A DNA stretch of 64,000 nt from assembly GCF_030684315.1 (NCBI RefSeq), contig NC_081404.1, positions 12,963,140-13,027,139 of the forward strand, in the 5' to 3' direction. Positions 41,076-57,200 of this stretch are shown here, in pieces. The translations under genes were made by a program, and so were the position numbers. Within the stretch, counting starts at the first letter, position 1. Each line of letters starts with the position of its first letter. The notes under the pieces are model-generated. The model saw only the letters and a list, made by a program, of their open reading frames with translations, was not told where the DNA came from and made no database searches. Source of the DNA: Stegostoma tigrinum (lineage: Eukaryota).

Positions 41076-44074
41076 TTTTGACAGATCAAATCTTGGAAAA
41101 GGGTGACTTTAAAATAAAATCAGTTCACCTATTTAACATCTTCTCATTTTTGTAGAAGGATGAGCAAAGAAGAAAGCACAAGGGGTACGGAAAGCTTTAA
41201 TAGAATACGAAAAGAGGAATAATGAAATGTGTGTTATGTAGACATCTGCAGTGAGGGCGGAGATGTGACAGGATTGCAGAATGCGGACTATGAGGAAAAT
41301 AGTTTGACCGACTCTGCAGTTGCTGCAGAATTTATATCACACTCCCATCATGTACCCTTGACTTTGCAATGTCGATAAGACAAAGACTGCACACGATATT
41401 GTGCTACAATTACAGTATGTTGTGACTGATTTAAAAATGCATTAGCTTTGCTATATTACAGCCATGTAAAATACTGGAACAGTCATTTTTGCTTGGGTAA
41501 GATTGAAATGGAGGTGTGCAGTATAAAGCTGCACAGTTCTCTTTGGAACGGGAAATTTCCGATCGGTAACAGAGCCTTGAAAGCATCAGATATCAGCTTT
41601 ATGTCCCATGGCTGCATTCTCACCTTTGAATCGGAGAGTGCGGATTCAAGTCTTGCTCCAGAGATTTAATCACATTATTTTCACACAGAGAGTGGTGCGT
41701 GTGTGGAATGAGCTGCTAGAGGAAGTGGTGGGGGCTGGTACAATTACAACATTTAAAAGGCATCTGGATGGGTATATGAATAGGAAAGGTTTAGAGAGAT
41801 GCGGGCTGAATGTTGGCAAATGGGACTAGATTTATATAGGATATCTGGTTGGCTTGGACACGTTGGACCTGAGGGTCTGTTTCTGTGCAGTGTATCTCTG
41901 TGACTATGGCTCTGTGACTATGCTTATATTATGGAAGTGTTGTATGGAAATAGTGTTTTATTAATAGTTTTTTTCGAATATGTCAATTCAAATTCTTTAC
42001 AGCACAAAAAGAGACCATCCTGTCCCCCAGTACATGCTGGTGTTTTAATTCCACTTGATCTTTTTCTCTTTTTATTATCATCTAAAGCTCTCATAACCTT
42101 CTCTTCACATCTCTCTCAGGTGCTTGAATAAAAGCAAAATGCTTCAAGTTCTAGAAATCTAAAATAAAAACAGAGAATGCTGGAAACACTCAGCAGATCT
42201 GGCAGCATCTGTGGAAAGAGTAATGCCAATTAAAGGAGGAGGGATGAGGAAGAACAAAGGGGTTAAGGCAATGGGTGGGAGATATTCAATGACAAAGATT
42301 GCATAGAACAAAATGCAAAAGGAATGGCAATGAAAGTAGTAAAGCAATAAAGCATTTGTGCATAGTGACTGTTAATGGCAGAATAATGCCGTTAACACCC
42401 AACCAGTCTGGACCAGTATGTTAGGATATAGTTAGTAAATTTGCAGATGAAATCAAAATCTGACAAATGACAAAAAACATACAATAGCAAATGGCATTTA
42501 GCTCACATAAATGTAGTCCTATACGCATTAGTTGTGATCAATTCAGACCACATGTATCATTTGCAGGAAAGTTTGCTGAAAGAAATTGAGAGATTTACTT
42601 CTTAATAATGCACAGATCACTAAATGTTGATGGTGAATAGAGGAGATGTAGTTAAGGTTAATAAGGTATTGAATATTTGAATCATTAATTGTAAACCAAA
42701 GAGCATGATTCTATTACTACACAGGTTATTGGTTTGACCATATTTGGAGTATTGTACCTGAACAAGGAAGTGTCTTGTTATAAGGCCATAAGAAATAGGA
42801 AGAGTAAGCCATTTGGCCCCTCATGCTCCACCATTCAATAGCATCATGGCTTACCTGACATTCCTCATGTCCATTTTCTCCAGTTTTCCCCATAAGTAAG
42901 CCTACGCCTATGCCATCATGGTGGGGGGAAGGAGTAGGCGTGATGGAATAACTGGCCTTTTCTTGGCCATCAGTTTCCCTTGTTCACCACTGAATTTTTC
43001 GCTCTACTTCATGGTTGTTGCCCACCTGACCAATGTCTACTTATGTGGTTTGGTGTTGAAATTTGTTAATTGTTCCTGTCAGGTGCCATAGCTTTACTGT
43101 ATCAAGGTGTTATATAAATGTCAATCATTATTTAAGTGTTGGAGTACACATGGCTAACAAATTGATAGAATGGTTCACTGATGAGAATAGCTTACTCCTG
43201 TTCGTATACTTGTTCCAAGGCACAAATTCCAGATAAACGAGGAATCAGAATTCTAGATGCTAGCTTCCCAACATGTGAGGCTCACACAAGAACAATGTTT
43301 GGGTAAGACAATCAAGCTAAATCCCCACTTGAGATAAACAATCTCCTTTAACCTTACATTGAAACATTAAAGTATATTAAACAAACACAAAGAATGCTAG
43401 AGAAACTCAACAGGTGTGGCAGCATTTGTGGAGAGGGAAACAGAGTTAAATATTGGTTTAATTGCTGAAATCATTTTAAAACAGTCAAATGTTCAATGTT
43501 TTAAATGCCTGTTTTGTTTTCCTCGCCATTTTGTTTCCTGAATGGTGGTCATTCTCATGTATTTTGACAAAGTGAATCATAAAAATTGTGTTTTTCAATG
43601 AGGTCACACTTTATTTCATTATCTGTTAGTTGATCAACTGGGCATGACGGCTCCTTATGTACTTAGTTGCTTGGTATGGAAAATTTAGGAAGAAGAACTA
43701 GCGATCATTGGAACTTTGGAGACCACTGTCAAAATGTTCTGCTCTCATGGTGAAGGGAAAAGGGTCACCGTGTTTCAGTGAACAACTCAATAAAGTCATT
43801 CAAGGGCTGGTCTTATCCACACGTCACATTCTTCTCAAGGGCCAGCTCATGAAATACTGCTCAGCCCATTCAATAATCTATGGGAGATGTTAATTTTCAG
43901 TATTTAACCCAAGTGGCCACATTTCATGTGTCAGACAAATTATTTGACTATGTGTCAGTGATACCAGTGTTGGGGTTATCTTCAGGAAGCTGAATCTTGC
44001 CTTCCACCTGAGAACACTTCCCAGTACAACTTACTGTACAGTAAATAAGAGCAGTCAGATTTCTGTCCTTTTTA

Positions 44075-45700
44075 ACTACATTTTTTCCTTCATTCATGGG
44101 GTGTGAGCCTCGCTGGCTAGGCCAGTATTTGTTGCCAGTCCCTAACTGCCTCAACAAGTTGCTGGTGAATTGCTTTCTTAAACTTCTGCAATCCTTGGGT
44201 CTTGGGGACATCCACGGTGCTGTTACAAAGCGAGTTCTGGGATTTTGACCCAATAACAATTAAGTAATGACCAATTAGTTTCAAATCAGGTGAGTGTGTG
44301 GCTTGGAGGGGAACTTGCATGTGATGGTGTTCTTATTTCATCTGCTTATTTCATCTGCTGCCCTTGTTTCTCTACGTTCTAGAGGTTGTAAGTTTGGATG
44401 ATCTTGTCAGAGAAGCTGTGAAATGTCGCAGTGCTTCTTTTTAAAAAATTAATTCATGGGATGTAGGCTTCACTGGCTGAGTGAAGCCTAATGAGCTTAA
44501 TGCTCATATCCAGTGTCCTTGAGAAAATGTTGGTGAGCTGTCTTCTTGAACTCCTGGTTTAGGTACTCCTGCTGTCAGGAAGGTAATTCCAGGATTTTTT
44601 CCCAGCGATGGTGAAGGAACAATATATTTCCAAATCAGGATGGTGATTGGCTCGGAGGAAAACTTGCAGGTGGTCTGTTCCCATGTATCTGCTGCCCCTG
44701 TCCTTAGATGGTAGTGGTCACGGGTTTGGAAGGTGCTGTCTATGAAGCCTTGGTGAATTTCTGATGTGCATCTTGTAGATGATACATATTACTGCACTCT
44801 CTATGGAGGAAGTGAATGTTGGTGGTTGGGGTGCCACTCAAACGGGTGCCTTTGACCTGAATGGTGTCAAGCTTCTTGAATATTGTTAGAGTTGCACCCA
44901 TCCAGACAAGTGGGGAATATCCCATCTCACTCCTTACCTGTGTCCTGTAGATAGTCAACAGACTTTCGGGAGCCAAGAAATGAGTTACTCGTTGCAGTAT
45001 TGCTAGACTCTGACCTGCTTTTGGAGCCACTATATATGGTTAGTCCAGATTAGTTTCTGGCCATTGATAACTCCTAGGATATTGATAATGAGGATTGAGT
45101 GATGGTAATGCTGTTGGGTGTCAAATGGGTGATGGTTGATGCTTTTTTGTTGGAGGTGATCATTGCCTGGTACCTATGCAGTCATACAGCACAGAAACAG
45201 ATCCTTCAGTCCAATCCATCCATGCCGAACAAAATTTCAAACTAAAGTAGTCCCACCTGCCTGCTCCTGGCCCATATCTTTTCAAACCTTTCCTACTCGT
45301 GTACCTATCCAAGTGTCTTTTAAATATTATAATTGTGCCCATATCCAATAGTTCCTCAGAAAGTTCATTCCACACATGAAGCTTGCCACTTTTCAACCCA
45401 TGCTTGAATTTGCATTTAGAATGGACACTGTCAGTATCTGAAAAGACATGAATGGTTTTGAACATTGCAAACATCAGTGAACATTCCCATTTCTGACCTT
45501 ATGATGATGGCAAGGTGATTGGTGAAGCAGCTGAAGATTTTTGGGTGTAGGACATTACTCTGAGGAACTCCTGTAGTGAGGTCCTGGAGCTGACATGTTT
45601 TCCTCCGACAACGTTGTAAGTGATGGACAGGCATTGTGGAGACAGGAGTTACTCATTGCAGAATTCCCAGCATCTAACCATTTATATGGCAGTCCAGTTC
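44075..45700 (-). mobile_element. Cluster of fragments of the same LINE family (other pieces at ~58300-58870 and ~61130-61900)
   Basis: GVPQSNVLHP; KAGQSLAILQRVTHFL…TIYRTQVRSEMGYSPLVWMGA. Confidence 0.72.
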
Positions 45701-46380
45701 AGTGTTGACCCTGCTGCGATCAGCTAACCTCAGTCTGGTACTGACATTCATAGAGTGAGTTTACTCAATAACCACTTTAGGTTTAGATTTGGATTTATTT
45801 GATATTGTCACCTGTGCAATGAAAAGTGTATAATGTCGCCACGTTCCAGCGCTTGGATTACAGAGTAAATTACTGAATAAATTGTACAAATGGTAAAATT
45901 CAGAATGAACTAATATTAAATTGATATTAATAAAGCTGAAAGAGCTTCAAAAGTTCATTTCTCCGTCTCCGTAGACTTCACACTCTCTGCTTCTCCAGTC
46001 CCCTCTATCTAACATCGTTCCTAGGGCCCTGGCAATGTGCTCCGTTTCGCATCGCTTCCGCATCCATCACCTTTGACCTGGAGATTCACGCTGCACAGGT
46101 TCCACACCTCTTCTGGCGCTGGACTCTGTCTGAAGGAACTCGCTGAGTTGACCGACGGGACCCGGTTCGTCATCCAAGGCCGCCAGCCATGATTGAGTGG
46201 GGATGGAGATACACGGGGCCCCGGTCTCCCACACGAGGACATCAGGAGCAGGCCTCAGGGCAGTCAACTCAAAATAAAGTGTCAGAGCTACCGAGCTGGA
46301 AAGACAACGATGAACAAAAACAAAGTTGCTGGAAAAGCTCAGCAGGTCTGGCAGCATCTGTAAAGGGAAAAGACAGAGTT

Positions 46381-46410
46381 AAAGTTTCGGGTCTGGTGAC
46401 CCTTCCTCAG
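46381..46410 (-). ncRNA. Minimal hammerhead ribozyme motif, PLE family 2 (within fragment 46315-46412)
   Basis: Minus strand CTGAGGA-A-GGGTC-ACCA-GACCC-GAAAC; perfect 5-bp stem II. Confidence 0.65.
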
Positions 46411-46544
46411 AATTATAACGATGAAGTCGCGTGTATCCGATCTGACCTGCCACATGACCCCATGAGCGGTCAAACCCCACATTGAAAAGCTGAACGCTGT
46501 CATGCCGCCGAGGTGCTCAGCATCAGTGCACAGAAAAGTCACCT

Positions 46545-47310
46545 TAACTCTCCCAAAGATGACTTTGCATATTAAGCAGATGTTAACCTGCACGTCTGCC
46601 AATGTGGTATACTGTATACACTGTACCCGATGTGGCTCCCTCTACATCGGGGAAACCAAGCGGAGGTTTGGGGACCGCTTTGCAGAACACCTCCGCTCGG
46701 TTCGCAATAAACAACTGCACCTCCCAATCGCGAACCATTTTAACGCCCCCTCCCATTCTTTAGATGACATGTCCATCATGGGCCTCCTGCAGTGCCACAA
46801 TGATGCCACCCGAAGGTTGCAGGAACAGCAACTCATATTCCGCTTGGGAACCCTGCAGCCCAATGGTATCAATGTGGACTTCACAAGCTTCAAAATCTCC
46901 CCTTCCCCCACTGCATCCCAAAACCAGCCCAGGTTGTCCCCGCCTCCCTAACCTGTTCTTCTTCTCACTTATCCCCTCCTCCCACCTCAAGCCACACCTC
47001 CATTTCCTACCTACTAACCTCATCCCACCTCCTTGACCTGTCCGTCCTCCCTGGACTGAACTATCCCCTCCCTACCTCCCCACCTATACTCTTCTCTCCA
47101 CCTATCTTTTTTTCTCTCCATCTTCAGTACGCCTCCCCCTCTCTCCCTATTTATTTCAGAACCCTCTTCCCATCCCCCTCTCTGATGAAGGGTCTAGGCC
47201 CGAAACATCAGCTTTTGTGGTCCTGAGATGCCGCTTGGCCTGCTGTGTTCATCCAGCTTCACACTTTGTTATCTTGGATTCTCCAGCATCTGCAGTTCCC
47301 ATTATCTCTT
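46545..47310 (+). mobile_element. Penelope-like element 3' fragment (family 1): GIY-YIG domain, 3' UTR, hammerhead core and tail
   Basis: ORF 46502-46951 contains VVYCIHCTRCGSLYIGETKRRFGDRFAEH; CTGATGA…GAAAC at 47182-47209. Confidence 0.88.
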
Positions 47311-47934
47311 AATTATCCCAAATGTTGCATTTATATTTATATCTGACCCACTATCCCCCTTAAACTTAAGGTAATCCAAAACTCTACTGTCCTGTCTTAA
47401 TTTGCAGCAAGTTCCGTTCCTCTATCATCTTTATGCTCGCTGATCCACAATTGCACCCAATAAGGCAGCATGTTGTTTTAAAAATTTTCAACCGTTTTCA
47501 AATCTATGCATATCCTCACCCCTTCCCATTTCTACCAATCTCCTGCATTCACAACCCTTTGAGATATCTGTGCTGCTCTATTCATGGCTCAGAGGAAATC
47601 AGATAAGAAGGGTCGACCCAAAATGTCAACTCTCCAGCTCCTCTGACGCTGCCTGGCCTGCTGTGTTCCTCCAGCCCCACACTGTTCATGGCTCCTTTGG
47701 TATTCTCAATAATAATAGACCTACCATTCATGTTTGTGACTTCACTTGGCTGGGCCACAAGCTCTGGAATTCCCTGTGTTCTCTCTTCTCTCCTTTAAGA
47801 CATATCTTAAAACCTGCCATTTAAACCAGGCTTTTGGTCACCTGTCCTAATATTGCCGCTTGAAGCATGTGTCTTACTTTGTTGAGTAATGTTCCTGTCA
47901 ACTTTTCATCACATTAAAGAAACTATAAAAGTTT

Positions 47935-49440
47935 CTTCAGGTCAGGGGGCAGCCATGGGTATGCACATGGGTCCCAGTTATGTCTGTCTTTTTGTGGGAT
48001 GCATATTCCAGTCCAATGCCAGCCCCCACCCACAACTCTTTCACTGATATATCAATGATATCATTGGTGTCGCTTCCCTCTCTCATTTGGAATTGGAAAA
48101 CTTCATTGATTTTGCTTCCAATTCCCACCCTGCCCTCACGTTCACATGGTCTATCTCTGACTCCACCCTTCCCTTGCTTATCATCTGTTTCCATTTCTGG
48201 GGATAAACTGGCCACTTATACCCATAAACCAACCAACTCCCACAGCTACCTGGACTATACATCCTCACATCCCACTTCCTGTAAAGACTCCATCCCATTC
48301 TCTCAGTTCCTGTCTCTGTCGCATATATTCAGATGAGGCCAACTTTGACAAGGGAGCCTCCAAAATGTCCATCTTCTTCTTCAACCGAGGATTCCCCAGC
48401 TCCGTTGTCGACAGGGCCCTTAACCAGGTCTGATCCATCTCCCACACTTCCACCCTCACCCCTTCTCTTACCTCCCGCAACGGCGATAGGGTTCCCTTTG
48501 TCCTTATCTACCATCCCACCAGCATCCACATCCAGATCACCAGCTACCATTTCCACCACCTCCAGCAAGATGGCACTGCTAGATACATATTCCCCTCCCT
48601 ATTCTCGTCTGCCTTCTGTAGAGACTGTACCTTCCAGGACACCCTGGTCCACTCCTCCTTCAATCCCAACACCTGTGCACAGCCCCATAGCACCTTCTCC
48701 TGCAACCACCGAAGGTGTAACACCTGCCCATTTACTTCCTCCCTCTTCAGTATTGAAAGGCCCAAACATACCTTCCAGTTGAAGCAACACTTCACCTGCA
48801 CTTCCCACAATCTAGTGTACTGTATTTTCTGCTCACAAGCCTCCTATACATTGGGGAAACAAAGCGTAGACTAGGTGACTGCTTTGCAGAACACCTATGT
48901 CCAGCTCACAAAAAGGACCCTGAGTTGACAGTTGCCTTCCACTTTAACACACCACCCTGTTCCCTGACCAGCATCTCTGTCTTTGGCTTGCTGCAGTTTT
49001 CCGGCAAAGCTCAACGCAAGCTGGAAGAATAACATCTCATTTTCTGCTGGGGACTCTGCAGCCCTCTGGACTCAACATCAAATTCAATCATTTTAGAGCC
49101 TAAACTCTCCCATGTCCCAGCCCCCTACCCCACACATCAGGCCTTGTTATCACACAGCCTGCCATTACACACTAACAGTCTCCGTTGACAGCTATTCATT
49201 CTCCTAGCCAGATTGTTATCCACTCCTTTGTCCAATTGTTCTTCTCTCTCTCTTCAGGCTCTATCCCCACCTATCGTTTACTCCTTTCCTCCTTCCCTCA
49301 CCCTATCTTCTGCATATAAACCAACATTTTCTGAACTACCTTCTGAGGAAGGGTCACTCTACCCGAAATGTTAACTCTGATTTCTCTTCACAGATGCTAC
49401 CAGACCTGCTGAGTTTTTCCAGCAACTTCTGTATTTGTTT
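47935..49440 (+). mobile_element. Older Penelope-like element (family 2), frameshifted RT to GIY-YIG
   Basis: Remnants such as HKPTNSHSYLDYTSSHPTSCKDSIPFSQFL and YIGETKRRLGD; distinct 3' end with CTGAGGA-AGGGTCACTCTACCC-GAAA at 49343-49368. Confidence 0.82.
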
Positions 49441-50004
49441 CTGAGCTATATAAGTCACTGTTGTTTAGAAGCCTTTTCTTGTGTGCTGTCAATGCCAAGT
49501 GATCAATGTATGCTTTATCATTCTCAAAGCAGCGTTGGAACCACCACAAAGGAAGATTTTGTTTAAAAGAAAATTCGTACTGATTTATATATTTTGATTA
49601 CACAAGAATATTTAAAGTCAGGTTCAAATAATCAAGTGGGTTATGATGGCAAATAATGTCACAAATATATAGTTCATGTGAAACATTAGTTTTTTTCCTC
49701 ATTAATTATGCATCTTCAGATGTTTTTAGTCACTAATTTTAAGTTCAGCTATTTATGGATTCTAAGTTGTTTTAACTAGTTGCTGGCATGCTTTGAAAAA
49801 GTACTGATATGAGATGGTGTAGTAATCATGTTACTAGACCAGTAATCTAGACAGCCAGGCTGCTGCTGTAGGGGAATGTTGGTTCCAATCCCACCATGGC
49901 AGCTAGTGGATTTATGTTACACTGCTTAAAATCTGGAATTGAAATTTAATAATAGTGACCATGGAACTTTTGTTGATTGTTGTAAAAGCCCATCCAATTA
50001 ACTA

Positions 50005-51093
50005 CAATCAGTTCTGGTATAACGTGATAGCTGTGTTCCTGCACAACATTGCATTGTGGAAAATTGTGCTATAGAAATAATAGAGCTTATGGGAAAAGTA
50101 GGGTTAGGGACAGACCACCAAAAAAAAAGCCTAACACAAAGGATAGCACAGTTTGAATATGTGTTTAATTCATTTCTAATAATGAAATAAAAGTAAATTT
50201 AACACCTTACCTTGAAAAAAATGTCATGATGACTTGATAGAGGAGGAAGTTTTGAGATTGCTCTGTTGTTACTGCAGGGCCTGAGAGTCATCGTTATCAT
50301 CATCGTCACCACTTTCGGGTGCAGTTGTGGTTGCAGGGTTAGAGTGAAAAATAGTGAATGCAGAAGTGGATGGCTGTGGTTCATGGTCTTCTGACTGCTT
50401 CTTGGGGGTTGGCTTAAAAAAGACATCCAGTTTTTGCTGCTTTACCCTTTCTCTTCTTTCACGAAGAAGCTGTTCATAGGGTCCAAATAAGATCTTATTT
50501 TACCAACTGCTACCCTGCTGTGTTCTGCATTGTAATCACTGTCCTCTAAGAGCTGCAACTGCTTCTCAATTTCCTTCAGAATAGAAGACAAAAGAGAAGT
50601 GGAAAGCTCTTGTGGTGTTGCATCTAGGACTTCATCTTCTTCATCTCTAGCTTCCACTTGCCCCTCAGCCAAAACTGTTGTAGCTCAGCTGTAGAGTTCT
50701 TCACAGTGGGACTCAAACTGCGCTTCAACATCCTCACTCTTCACATCTTCAAATCCAACTTACTTTGGAGAATCAATATTCTCTCATTGGGACCTCCCCT
50801 GATGGATTGAAGCCTTTAAAATCTTGAAAAAAATCTGGGAGATTTCTGTCAAACTACATACAAGCCTGCAAAATGGATCATGTGACACTGACAAAGCCTC
50901 TCAGCACTAATGTTGCACATGCTCAGGACAAAGCTTGGAAAATGATCATTTGATGTTGACACATACTCCATGTAACAATGGAATTGTATTCTCGTGAACA
51001 CAATTCATGTTTTAGAAATAGTGTTCCCCAATTTGTCAGTTGCAGTACAGCTAATTCACGTTGCCAGAATACACATTATAGCAGAACCAGCTG
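50005..51093 (-). mobile_element. Decayed Tc1/mariner-pogo (Tigger-like) DNA transposon nested in a SINE
   Basis: Imperfect TIRs TA|CAATCAGTTCTGGTATAACG … CATTATAGCAGAACCAGCTG near flanking TA dinucleotides; acidic transposase-like C-terminal remnant (ORF 50442-50672). Confidence 0.55.
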
Positions 51094-52195
51094 GTATTGT
51101 CCTTTGGAGTACACATTTGACTGCAGACCACAAAAATGGCTGATTCAATTCTTCTGAAACAATGTGGAAAGCAATTCAGTTCAAGGGCAACAAATGGTGG
51201 CATTGCCAATGGTACTTTTTTTAAAAAAAGGGATGTGGGTAACTTCAGTCAGGAGGTTGCCTTTGATACTTAAGTTCAGAACTTGCCACAGAATAAACTA
51301 TTCAAGGTGTCTGAAGTTAAAAGGTGATTAAATCATTAGGAGCATTTTTACAGCCCAGAGTTAAAATAACCATTGGGGAAAAAAATGCTTGCTGAAATTA
51401 CTTTTTGCTAAAAATTAGTTTGTGGCGGTGTTCCAATTCAGAAACATGTATGTAAAACAATGGCATTCCAATCCAGCTCCAATTTTCCTTCTTTAACTCT
51501 ACCATCTTGGATATCCCAGATTGCCCTACCCACACCCCCAACAAAAGAAAACCACAAATATCCCAAGATTCACGAACATCTGACATAAACAACCAACTTA
51601 ATTCAAGGAATTTAACCTTCATGTTGAAGCTTGGTCTCAATATCTACCTTGTCCAGCTCCTGGAAGATTCTTTTCCTCCCTCTTCCCTCACTTTTATATT
51701 GTAATTTTATGGTTTTAAGTCTCCATGCAGAAGCCAGGTCTGCTTAGCTCTTTTTTTGGGCAAAGGGTTAAGGACATCACTTTGTGAACCAGTCTGGTGA
51801 AGCTCTATTGCACTCCTTCCAGGTCAACTTTTACCCCCTTCCAGAAGTAAACAAAATTCTGTTTTACTCATTCTTCCATGTTTAACCCTACCTTCATGGT
51901 GAGGAATTGGGATTGAGTAATAAATGAAGTTGTTGGTATCATTTTGTACCCATCCTGGGTACAATGACCATGCTATTTTTCAAATGTTGAATCTCCTGGT
52001 CACCTATTAATTGTATAAGGTTACTGCTGATAAAAGTGGAAAAAAAAAAACACTCCACTCAAGTATTTCAGATATTGAAATTGCATTGAAGTGTATAGTA
52101 AGGGATGAAGTTCCTAATTTTTTTAAAAGAAAAAAAAATTCACACTTTATTTTCTCACAAAATGCAACAAGACAAAAGATGACACAGGGATCTTA

Positions 52196-52201
52196 TTTAT
52201 T
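52196..52201 (-). terminator. Poly(A) signal of tubulin copy 2
   Basis: AATAAA on the minus strand in a context also conserved in the copy 3 UTR (tttattgataat). Confidence 0.65.
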
Positions 52202-52605
52202 GATAATACTATCAAGACAGAACATGAGTTACATTTGTGACAACTTGCTTTCACAATGCTGCATAGCAATCTCAATTCAGATGTACATTGCTACACATTC
52301 AATTTGTAGATCTCATTACATTTAGCTCACATTGCAACTTAAACTAACAAAAACGTTAGCTGGTCACTGAACTGATGCCATCAAGTTAATTCAAGAGGGT
52401 TTCAAGTAAAATCTAGCAGAGACTGAACACTGAGCAGTCAAAGAAAAAACAGCGCATTTACTTAGATACAAAAATCGACAGAACCATGCAGCAATGCTCA
52501 ATGGATGATAGAAAATTGAGACCCAATTCCATTTGGTCAATCTTCAACATTTAACTTCTATCTTGGCTCCCTGTTACAGCAGCAGTGTTCTGTAATGTCA
52601 AAAAC

Positions 52606-55842
<3,237 letters not shown>

Positions 55843-55929
55843 TTTTTATTCAAGTCAGATAACGATAAGAATGACCTTACAAAGAACGTGACTGTTACTT
55901 CGCTCGACAATAACGAGTCGATGTAAGTA

Positions 55930-56265
55930 ACCGAATGGGAAACGTTGGCGGATGGCGCCTTTTTATAATAATGGAGGCCGGCCTTAGTCCAGTCTTTCAT
56001 TGACATTGGCTCCGAGGAAGAAGGGAGGTGGCGGGAGAAGATGTCAGTTAGAGTGGATTGGGCAAATGTTGGCATTTTAAAACACGTCAGCTTTAACGTT
56101 ACAAATTCTGTTTCAGGGACTGCGCAAAAAAAATCACCGCAGAATGTACGAGAAAGGGGGCGAGGGCCTTTCGCTTGAGTAAGTGGTGAGATTTGAATTG
56201 GAATATCTTCTTTGCCATGCAGCCCTATTCTTCAATTTCACCAGCAGTCAAACCACGCCCTTCAT
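55930..56265 (-). promoter_or_regulatory. Alpha-tubulin copy 2 promoter (same sequence as copy 1)
   Basis: Same TATA (55961-55967), CCAAT and GC-box motifs at offset +15190. Confidence 0.72.
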
Positions 56266-57116
56266 TTTTGACAGATCAAATCTTGGAAAAGGGTGACTTT
56301 AAAATAAAATCAGTTCACCTATTTAACATCTTCTCATTTTTGTAGAAGGATGAGCAAAGAAGAAAGCACAAGGGGTACGGAAAGCTTTAATAGAATACGA
56401 AAAGAGGAATAATGAAATGTGTGTTATGTAGACATCTGCAGTGAGGGCGGAGATGTGACAGGATTGCAGAATGCGGACTATGAGGAAAATAGTTTGACCG
56501 ACTCTGCAGTTGCTGCAGAATTTATATCACACTCCCATCATGTACCCTTGACTTTGCAATGTCGATAAGACAAAGACTGCACACGATATTGTGCTACAAT
56601 TACAGTATGTTGTGACTGTTTTAGATGAAGTTTAAATTAGCTACATTGCTGCAATTTAGAATACAGTGTATTTGTTTAAATGCATGAATTAAAGGCGAAT
56701 ATCGTTAAGAGGAGAATGGAACGGAAAGCCGATTTCAATTCCCTTTTCCGAATCATCATTTGTGGATAGGTAGTGCCGAAAAAAATCAAGTATCAGCCTT
56801 CTCTGTAAATAATAGCATTTTCACTTCTGTATTAGAGATTGTGGATCAAAGCACCTTCCCAGCAAATTCTGTACGTCACCTCGGGGTGTCCAAAGATCAA
56901 GAAAATAACATAGATGAGAGAAAAAAATCCCAATATTTACAGTAAGATTCTGGAGGATGTCTGATGCCAAAAAACTGAACTCCAGAGAAAGAATATTGGG
57001 TACCCGTGTACACATTACACAGAACATAGCTTGTGTACATATGTGTCTGATAAACCTGCAGGTCACATCCCACGACAACACAATAATTTACTATCTTTCT
57101 GGCAGTTTTGTGTGTA

Positions 57117-57200
57117 ATCTTCACATATTCCTCATACTACTTCTTTAATCAACAGAAAAGGTTGGTGATCAAAGATATAGTATGAGGAATATGTGAGGAT
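57117..57200. other. Isolated long hairpin / inverted repeat
   Basis: TCACATATTCCTCATACTA (57121-57139) is the exact reverse complement of 57178-57196. Confidence 0.8.
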
